DNA from: a virus
Taxonomy: Duplodnaviria > Heunggongvirae > Uroviricota > Caudoviricetes
Direction: 5' to 3' (one strand)
Length of the DNA: 5,680 nt
Virus record (IMG/VR): IMGVR_UViG_2703719354_000026
Shown here: positions 1-4,283 of the stretch, piece after piece
How positions within the stretch are numbered: the stretch's first letter is position 1
How the letters are laid out: every line of letters begins with the position of its first letter
Position numbers and translations under genes: made by a program
The notes under the pieces: model-generated
The model's input: the letters and a program-made list of their open reading frames with translations, nothing else
Told to the model about the DNA's origin: nothing
Databases searched by the model: none

Positions 1-1125
1 GTCAGCGTCGGTAAAAAGCTCCACCACGCGTAAGTCATATGCGGCTTCTTTGAGTTCCTCCGCGTCCTTCATTTTGGTGCATGAGATAACCAGCGCTTCG
101 CTTCCTGCGTCCTCCCTGCGTATCCGGTATTCAGCATCCAGCGAAGCACGAAATGCACTGGAACCGCGCGCGCCTTTCGTCTCATCCTTGCCGGAATGGT
201 GAACCACCAGCACCGTGGCCCCTGTGCGTCGTTTCAGTTCGTCACAACCACGGATAAACGCCCCCATATCACGGGAATCATTTTCATCATTCCCACCAAA
301 GCAACGCGCCAGCGTATCCAGAATAATCATGCGTACAGGTTTACCCGTTTCCCGCTCCACCTGACGGGCAGCGATAACCATTTCATCAACATCAAGCGGG
401 GCAGCCGGAAAGATGGGGCGGTTTACCAGATACAGATTTTTCACCTGCTCATCGTGCACAACCTCCCAGGCTTTTACACGACGCGGAACACCTATACCGC
501 CTTCACCGACCACATAGAGAACCGCACCATGCGCAACCCTGCGGCCTCCCCACTGGCGACCAGTGGCAACATGGCACGCCCACGATCCGGCAAGGAATGA
601 TTTATAGGACCCGCTAGCCCCGTATATGCTGCATAGCGATACCGCCGGAATAATCCCCTTAACCACGTAATCCAGTTGCGTGTCGTATCCGGTAGATCCA
701 ACGCTCATCGGTAGCGTGGTTTTTCGCTGGTGGTTTTTTTCTTCCGCCGGCTCTTTCCCACGCCCCCGTTCCAGGTATTCGCGCCAGTTCTCCCGCATAT
801 GGCTGTGCATCCCTTCGGGGTAATAATTCGCATCAGTTACACCCGCCGCCGCCAGCTTGTGCGCAATGGCATTAATATTTGATGGCCTGATGTGGCCTGC
901 CTTGTACAGCCGGACACAATAGCGCCCCTCGTCGATGATTCTCAGGTCTGCCAGTTCATCCAGTTGATCATCAGCCAGCACAACGGGAGGCACATTATCG
1001 CCAGCCAGTCGCCCGTCCTGTTCCTGCCACTGTTTCGCATGTGCCCAGGCATCACTACCCGCAAAAATAATGACTTCGGTCATCTTGTCGTAAGGCTGTT
1101 TTTTTAAGTTCGGTGCGCTTTTCAT
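1..1125 (-). CDS. Replication ATPase, RecA-like / AAA_25 (RepA/DnaB-like) family, possibly primase-helicase type; C-terminus beyond window (about 375 aa visible)
   Basis: Minus-strand frame open from ATG 1125..1123 to position 1 with no stop; I translated it codon by codon. AGGGG lies 6 nt upstream, and the start forms an ATGA overlap with the stop of the upstream ORF (1122..1124). An alternative in-frame ATG is at 1083. Motifs seen: deviant Walker A 'IYGASGSYKS' (about 598..633), Walker B 'RMIILDT' (about 313..333), and 'LVVHHSGKDETKGARGSS' (about 175..230), as in RepA-like RecA-fold ATPases. Absent from the supplied ORF track because its stop is outside the window. Confidence 0.85.
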   Translation of the reverse strand, partial: MKSAPNLKKQPYDKMTEVIIFAGSDAWAHAKQWQEQDGRLAGDNVPPVVLADDQLDELADLRIIDEGRYCVRLYKAGHIRPSNINAIAHKLAAAGVTDANYYPEGMHSHMRENWREYLERGRGKEPAEEKNHQRKTTLPMSVGSTGYDTQLDYVVKGIIPAVSLCSIYGASGSYKSFLAGSWACHVATGRQWGGRRVAHGAVLYVVGEGGIGVPRRVKAWEVVHDEQVKNLYLVNRPIFPAAPLDVDEMVIAARQVERETGKPVRMIILDTLARCFGGNDENDSRDMGAFIRGCDELKRRTGATVLVVHHSGKDETKGARGSSAFRASLDAEYRIRREDAGSEALVISCTKMKDAEELKEAAYDLRVVELFTDAD

Positions 1126-1421
1126 TTCTTGCCCCTGAATCCGTTAATCATGTTTTTCATCTTCTGAATATTGGTGCGTGCTTTCTCCCTGCTGGTGGGC
1201 TTGCTTCGTTGCGCTGCCTGCACCAGCGTAAAATCACGTTCGAACTGATAAACAGGCATCACGCAATCATATTCGTAGCCTTCACGGCGGTAAGTTACGC
1301 GCCGTTCCTCCACGCCCTTAATCATTACCGTGCCGCCGTACTTATCGCGGTAAATATCCCCGCGCATGAATTTAGTGCGAGTTTTGCCACTGGCAGTTAA
1401 GCCAGGATATTTAAGTTTCAT
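1122..1421 (-). CDS. Hypothetical small basic protein (99 aa), possible nucleic-acid-binding protein
   Basis: ORF-track ORF with ATG start at 1421; GGAG about 10 nt upstream. Its stop overlaps the replication gene start (ATGA). Strongly basic by my count (about 24 K/R against 10 D/E). Last small gene of the coupled operon. Confidence 0.6.
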   Translation of the reverse strand: MKLKYPGLTASGKTRTKFMRGDIYRDKYGGTVMIKGVEERRVTYRREGYEYDCVMPVYQFERDFTLVQAAQRSKPTSREKARTNIQKMKNMINGFRGKK

Positions 1422-1426
1422 TATTT

Positions 1427-1660
1427 TTATTCTCCGGTGTGCTGTTCTTTATATCTGTCGTGCAATAGATCTATTTCTTGCAGTTCCATTATTACAGGCT
1501 CAAGAATCGTTATTAATGCCGTGGCAATTCTTGATTTTTGTTTGTCGCGTTCATTGTCGCCACGTGTTTCAAGCCATATGCGAAATATTTCCAACATATT
1601 TTCACTGTGAGAAAGTGCAAGAAATGCGCGGTCTATTGTTTCAAGATAAATATCACGCAT
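1427..1660 (-). CDS. Hypothetical small acidic protein (77 aa)
   Basis: ATG at 1660 with GGGGA 5 nt upstream. Starts 1 nt after the stop of the upstream ORF and ends 5 nt before the next start. Net acidic. Confidence 0.6.
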   Translation of the reverse strand: MRDIYLETIDRAFLALSHSENMLEIFRIWLETRGDNERDKQKSRIATALITILEPVIMELQEIDLLHDRYKEQHTGE

Positions 1661-1661
1661 A

Positions 1662-1883
1662 TTAATCCCCGTCCGTTGTTTTTCTTAAAACAGCTTCTGT
1701 CACGAAATCAGCATAGTTAGCGGCAATATCAAGAATATTTAGCCCTGTACCTCTGTGCTCATCAGTGCAAAGAAAGAAAAAAGCCACCCGCATAATTTCA
1801 GATATTGACGAAAGCGCATCAGCCGCATCATCAGGAACGCCGGAAAATTCTTGTTTCAGGGAATTAAAACGATCATCACGCAT
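1662..1883 (-). CDS. Hypothetical small acidic protein (73 aa)
   Basis: ATG at 1883 preceded by a strong purine-rich RBS (GGGGAGGGGGGG). Net charge about -7. Tightly packed with neighbours. Confidence 0.6.
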   Translation of the reverse strand: MRDDRFNSLKQEFSGVPDDAADALSSISEIMRVAFFFLCTDEHRGTGLNILDIAANYADFVTEAVLRKTTDGD

Positions 1884-2101
1884 AACCCCCCCTCCCCATT
1901 TTCACAATCAGCAACAAGAATATTTTTAGCGTCATTCAGCGACCGCGTGGCGGTGTATCGGATACATTCCAGGGCGAACAATGTGTATTCCTCCCGTTCT
2001 TCCTTTTGTGCAAGCTCTGCCGTGCATTCAATATCAATAAGCGCGTGCATCAGCGTAGTGAGTGCGGCGGCGGCTGCGTCCGGTGTGGTTTTATTGCACA
2101 T
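1856..2101 (-). CDS. Hypothetical small acidic protein (81 aa from internal ATG; ORF track extends to 2158)
   Basis: In-frame ATG at 2101..2099 has GGAGGGG 6 nt upstream, whereas the track start at 2158 has no clear RBS. Overlaps the next ORF by 28 nt. N-terminal 'PDAAAAALTT' resembles 'PDDAADALSS' in ORF 1662..1883. Confidence 0.5.
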   Translation of the reverse strand: MCNKTTPDAAAAALTTLMHALIDIECTAELAQKEEREEYTLFALECIRYTATRSLNDAKNILVADCENGEGGLCVMIVLIP

Positions 2102-2324
2102 GGTGTACCCCTCCGCATTTTTTTTCGTTAGAAATAAGCGCTCTTCTTTCCTGTTCATCGCTCAGGAATACGCAGACCTCACCGCTAAGGCGTTTAAGTA
2201 AGCCGATGATTGCCCCTGATTCGCTGTCGGTCATCATGCCAGGGTAATCCTCTGCCAGTGCGCAAATAACTTCGATTTGGTGGGCGCGTTCTGCTGCCTG
2301 TTGTAGTGTGATTTCCTGACTCAT
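2091..2324 (-). CDS. Hypothetical small acidic protein (77 aa)
   Basis: ATG at 2324..2322 overlaps the stop of the upstream ORF (ATGA). AGGGGG lies about 8 nt upstream, inside the conserved 19-bp junction repeat. Confidence 0.55.
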   Translation of the reverse strand: MSQEITLQQAAERAHQIEVICALAEDYPGMMTDSESGAIIGLLKRLSGEVCVFLSDEQERRALISNEKKCGGVHHVQ

Positions 2325-2782
2325 AAGCCTACCCCCTGACGAATACGGGCGACAAAAATCAGATGTGCGTGCGGCAGCTGGGCGCGGGCTTCGCGTTCAG
2401 TGGCTGCGGTAACGGTGTAAATATCAATGCTGCTGTGGTGGCACTGCATAAAGCGCCAGACAAAGTAAGGGCGTGCGGATACAGCCATGTGAAAGGCTCC
2501 CAGATGAATTTTAAGGAGTCTCGCTACTACGCTGCTAAACATGGTGGCGAGACGTAACAGGGTTAGCAGACTGGTCATCTGGAAACCAGCGAGCACAAAG
2601 GCTCCCCCGTTACGCCCCGCCATAATGCGGGTATGGGTAGGTTTACGGACACAAAAAAACCGCTTATCGGATGTGGGCGGCTGTCCGCCAGATGTATTCA
2701 GGCTGCTAAACCCGGTCGCCATGTGGGCGACGGGGGAAGCATACAGCCCCGTGATAATTTTTTGCAAGCGGTTTTTACGCAT
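2321..2782 (-). CDS. Hypothetical protein (153 aa); the C-terminal 55 aa (from internal ATG at 2488) is a paralog of ORF 2775..2972 and may be translated separately
   Basis: ATG at 2782 with AGGGG about 8 nt upstream, overlapping the upstream ORF's stop by 8 nt. Internal ATG at 2488 has GGGAG 8 nt upstream. C-terminal domain carries 'FVWRF', 'TEREAR' and 'ARIRQG' motifs. The N-terminal part has a hydrophobic stretch ('AFVLAGFQMTSLLTLLRLATMFSSVVA'). The ORF-track version starts further upstream at 2824 (GTG). Confidence 0.45.
   Translation of the reverse strand: MRKNRLQKIITGLYASPVAHMATGFSSLNTSGGQPPTSDKRFFCVRKPTHTRIMAGRNGGAFVLAGFQMTSLLTLLRLATMFSSVVARLLKIHLGAFHMAVSARPYFVWRFMQCHHSSIDIYTVTAATEREARAQLPHAHLIFVARIRQGVGL
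2333..2351. repeat. Copy 1 of an exact 19-bp direct repeat (plus strand cccctgacgaatacgggcg) at a gene junction
   Basis: Identical 19-mer at 2333..2351 and 2790..2808. On the minus strand it encodes the C-terminal 'ARIRQG' of one protein and supplies the RBS of the next gene. Confidence 0.9.
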
Positions 2783-2972
2783 GATGTGACCCCTGACGAA
2801 TACGGGCGGCGAATACAGCAACACAACCGGACGGGCAACGGCTACGCGCTTCGCGTTCCCTCCAGGCGGTTACGTGGATGATTTGAGATTCTCCGGCACT
2901 CAGTGCCAGAAAACGCCACACAAAGGCCGTTTGTGTGTGTACAAGGTGTGGTATATGATTTACGGCAACCAT
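2775..2972 (-). CDS. Hypothetical small protein (65 aa), first gene of the coupled operon; paralog of the C-terminal domain of ORF 2321..2782
   Basis: ATG at 2972..2970 with AGGAG 5 nt upstream. The ORF-track start at 3074 would force coding through a GC hairpin and has no RBS. Motifs 'FVWRF', 'REREAR', 'ARIRQG' are shared with the paralog, and the differences in those motifs are synonymous. Confidence 0.55.
   Translation of the reverse strand: MVAVNHIPHLVHTQTAFVWRFLALSAGESQIIHVTAWREREARSRCPSGCVAVFAARIRQGSHHA
2790..2808. repeat. Copy 2 of the exact 19-bp direct repeat at a gene junction
   Basis: Same 19-mer as 2333..2351; flanking sequence is diverged. Confidence 0.9.
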
Positions 2973-3002
2973 AACGGCTCCTAGTTTACGTTGTTGGTTA
3001 GA

Positions 3003-3045
3003 AGCCCCGTTACTGCTCCTACAGTGCGGGGCTTTGCTTTTTGTG
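3003..3045 (+). terminator. Terminator-like hairpin with T tract in the divergent intergenic region (plus-strand orientation)
   Basis: Stem agccccg (3003..3009) pairs with cggggct (3027..3033), with inner actg/cagt pairs, followed by TTGCTTTTT. The reverse strand lacks a U tract. Confidence 0.35.
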
Positions 3046-3053
3046 TTGATTGT

Positions 3054-3098
3054 GTGTAATGTGTCATTACACATAAATACATTACATGAGGTGTAATT
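3054..3098. promoter_or_regulatory. Operator array: four TGTAAT-type half-sites in alternating orientation, overlapping candidate divergent promoters
   Basis: GTGTAATG (3054..3061) and CATTACAC (3065..3072) form a perfect 8+3+8 inverted repeat. CATTACAT (3080..3087) and GTGTAATT (3091..3098) form a second pair. Spacings are 11/15/11 bp. The array sits just upstream of the RHH gene start (GTG 3102) and overlaps its GAGG RBS. Confidence 0.55.
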
Positions 3099-3101
3099 AA
3101 C

Positions 3102-3281
3102 GTGTCAACACACAAAAACGAAAGGCGTGGTAATCCTCCGTTCCAGTTCCGTTTAGATCCTGACTTACGGGAAAAGATGGAAAAGGCACAACAACAGGAC
3201 GGCGATGATTCTCTTGCTGCCTGGATAAAGCGAATAATCCGCAAAGAATTACAGCAACGCGGCATAGAACCCAAAGGATAA
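3102..3281 (+). CDS. Arc/MetJ-type ribbon-helix-helix (RHH) DNA-binding protein, 59 aa, GTG start
   Basis: GTG at 3102 with GAGGTG 8-9 nt upstream; in-frame stop immediately upstream at 3087..3089. Translation 'VSTHKNERRGNPPFQFRLDPDLREKMEKAQQQDGDDSLAAWIKRIIRKELQQRGIEPKG' follows the Arc/Mnt/CopG pattern (N-terminal beta strand 'FQFRL', then two helices). Below the ORF-track length threshold, so not listed there. Confidence 0.75.
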   Translation: MSTHKNERRGNPPFQFRLDPDLREKMEKAQQQDGDDSLAAWIKRIIRKELQQRGIEPKG

Positions 3282-3338
3282 AAACTATCAGCGCCGTGGT
3301 GTGAGGAACTACGGCGCATTTCTTTACAGGAGTAGACA

Positions 3339-3524
3339 ATGAACAACGAAGAATTACGGGAAATCGCATTATCCATACTTGAAAGACAGGTAGAAAAAAA
3401 ATTAAGAGAAATGGATGAAATGCCTGACCATGAACAGGAAGCAAGGCCAAAAAGATTTGCCCTTGAGGATTTTCTTAAAAATTGCCCAAGAAAGATGAGA
3501 TCGTGGCGTTGTTGTCCGCCCTGA
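3339..3524 (+). CDS. Hypothetical 61-aa protein co-transcribed with the RHH gene (partner protein, function unknown)
   Basis: ATG at 3339 with AGGAG (3328..3332) 6 nt upstream. It starts 57 nt after the RHH stop and is followed by an intrinsic terminator. Acidic helical N-terminus and a Cys/Pro-rich basic tail ('CPRKMRSWRCCPP'). Confidence 0.6.
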   Translation: MNNEELREIALSILERQVEKKLREMDEMPDHEQEARPKRFALEDFLKNCPRKMRSWRCCPP

Positions 3525-3600
3525 TGACAGATTTGCCAACCAGCCAAAAATGTGGCATCGTTGTCGATGCATAGTGTAATCAACATGTATATCATATTTT

Positions 3601-3627
3601 TGCGACCATCATAGGTCGCATTTTTTT
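3601..3627 (+). terminator. Rho-independent terminator of the RHH operon
   Basis: Perfect 7-bp stem tgcgacc (3601..3607) / ggtcgca (3614..3620), 6-nt loop, then seven T (3621..3627). On the minus strand the hairpin is followed by A-rich sequence, so it is plus-specific. Confidence 0.75.
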
Positions 3628-3664
3628 GCCTGTAATCCGGCAATTGTGGCGCTTCTTCACACAG

Positions 3665-3674
3665 TTGATATAAT
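3665..3674 (+). promoter_or_regulatory. Candidate extended -10 promoter (TGaTATAAT)
   Basis: Exact TATAAT at 3669..3674 preceded by TG at 3666..3667. No good -35, which is acceptable for extended -10 promoters. Confidence 0.3.
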
Positions 3675-3680
3675 TCCAAT

Positions 3681-3748
3681 GCTCATATTTATTTTTTGTG
3701 CAGCAGGTTAATCGTTCACAAAGGCGCTCAGGTAACTGGGCGCTTTTT
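3681..3748 (+). ncRNA. Candidate small RNA of about 68 nt (hypothetical; promoter-to-terminator unit without an ORF)
   Basis: Bounded by the extended -10 element at 3666..3674 and the hairpin + U-tract at 3723..3748. No ORF with an RBS in between. Confidence 0.25.
3723..3748 (+). terminator. Rho-independent terminator-like hairpin
   Basis: Stem ggcgctcag (3723..3731) / ctgggcgc (3736..3743) with one G-U pair, GTAA loop, then TTTTT (3744..3748). Confidence 0.5.
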
Positions 3749-3872
3749 GTTATGCCTGAAAAACCCCAATTTTGTTGTTTTTCAGTTTCACCAGGGCGAA
3801 CGAATCCCCGCCCACGTTCTGGCGTATATTCAATCTTCATGGTTATAGCTCTGTGTTCAGATGATTGATGTG

Positions 3873-3891
3873 TGGCGGCTGCGTGCCGCCA
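3873..3891. other. Perfect hairpin (7-bp GC-rich stem, 5-nt loop) 7 nt downstream of the alpA stop, without a U tract
   Basis: tggcggc (3873..3879) - tgcgt - gccgcca (3885..3891). No T run on either strand, so not a canonical intrinsic terminator. Confidence 0.5.
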
Positions 3892-3897
3892 GCGTGA

Positions 3898-4086
3898 TTA
3901 ATGAACTGCCTTGCAGCTATCCTTCCAGGCCAGAACCTCGGATAAAGACCAGCCAACGGAACGACCGCCAAGTTTACGACGTGATGGGAATTGTCCGGCC
4001 TTTTCCAGGCGGTAGCGACACGTACGGCTAAGGCCGGTTAGTTTTTTGCATTCTTTTTCACGTATAAACCGATCAGTGCTTAACAC
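3898..4086 (-). CDS. alpA: AlpA-family (prophage CP4-57 regulatory protein-type) small HTH transcriptional regulator / excisionase-like protein, 62 aa, GTG start
   Basis: Translation 'LSTDRFIREKECKKLTGLSRTCRYRLEKAGQFPSRRKLGGRSVGWSLSEVLAWK' matches the AlpA pattern (RFLRL..TGLSRST.YRL...G.FP....LG.RSVGW...E...W). GGGGG lies 6 nt upstream of the GTG. There is no in-frame ATG upstream (stop at 4114..4116). It sits directly downstream of the integrase, as is typical. Confidence 0.9.
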   Translation of the reverse strand: MLSTDRFIREKECKKLTGLSRTCRYRLEKAGQFPSRRKLGGRSVGWSLSEVLAWKDSCKAVH

Positions 4087-4235
4087 TATTGCCCCCTTTC
4101 GTTTCTTAAAGAGTCATCAGGTGTCTTATTGTGTCGTATTGTTCCCGCTAGAGTGATGAATGGCAAATACTGAGGATGTATGATTTACAGAAAATGAAAC
4201 AGTAAGAATAAAATCTTTTAAATTCATGTTAATAC

Positions 4236-4264
4236 AAAGGCATAAAATATTGTTCCATGCCTTT
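4236..4264. terminator. Possible bidirectional terminator-like hairpin between int and alpA
   Basis: aaaggcat (4236..4243) / atgccttt (4257..4264) with a 13-nt loop; T-rich on both flanks. The large loop and AT-rich stem make it weak. Confidence 0.3.
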
Positions 4265-4271
4265 TTTCTCG

Positions 4272-4283
4272 CTCTTTAAAGAG
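4272..4283. promoter_or_regulatory. 12-bp perfect palindrome CTCTTTAAAGAG upstream of alpA; a related TAAAGAGT copy is at 4108..4115
   Basis: Exact palindrome read from the sequence. The 8-mer TAAAGAGT recurs about 170 bp away, bracketing the likely alpA promoter region. Confidence 0.4.

Noticed and set aside
196-1107. Plus-strand ORFs 196..600 and 892..1107, and minus ORF 492..701
   Set aside because: They lie antisense or out of frame within the long, motif-bearing replication ATPase frame, have no RBS, and show His/Arg/Cys-rich compositions typical of non-coding frames.
1-1125. Calling the replication gene the P4 alpha primase-helicase
   Set aside because: The ATPase motifs look RecA-like (AAA_25) rather than SF3/D5-like, so I do not assert P4 alpha identity; a domain search is needed.
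1113-2247. Plus-strand ORFs 1113..1400, 1366..1665, 1538..1720, 1851..2201 and 2062..2247
   Set aside because: All are antisense to the tightly coupled minus-strand small-gene operon, whose genes have RBSs and overlapping junctions. The plus ORFs lack RBSs and look like shadow frames.
2363-2881. Plus-strand ORFs 2363..2557, 2541..2789 and 2633..2881
   Set aside because: Shadow ORFs antisense to the paralog genes; the synonymous-substitution pattern supports the minus-strand frame instead.
2775-3074. Upstream alternative starts from the ORF track (3074 for the 65-aa gene, 2824 for the 153-aa gene, 2158 for the 81-aa gene)
   Set aside because: The extended versions lack RBSs and would code through the GC hairpin at 3003..3033 or through a neighbouring gene; the internal ATGs with AGGAG or GGAGGGG RBSs fit better. 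The longer forms cannot be fully excluded.
3102-3524. Assigning the RHH + 61-aa pair to a named toxin-antitoxin family (ParDE, CcdAB, RelBE)
   Set aside because: The downstream protein is too small and shows none of the motifs of those toxins; only the generic RHH-first, partner-second architecture is supported.
3601-3627. Interpretation of the 3601..3627 hairpin as a bidirectional terminator that also ends the alpA transcript
   Set aside because: On the minus strand the hairpin is followed by A-rich rather than U-rich sequence, so it is a terminator only for the plus-strand RHH operon.
2981-3679. Minus-strand ORFs 2981..3679 (232 aa) and 3097..3450 (117 aa)
   Set aside because: They are antisense to the Arc-like RHH gene and its partner, run through the operator array and terminator, and have Ser/Cys-rich low-complexity translations with no RBS.
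3592-3840. Minus-strand 82-aa ORF downstream of alpA
   Set aside because: No RBS, odd composition, and its 3' end is read through the rc of the terminator hairpin. Treated as spurious, though a real small protein cannot be fully excluded.
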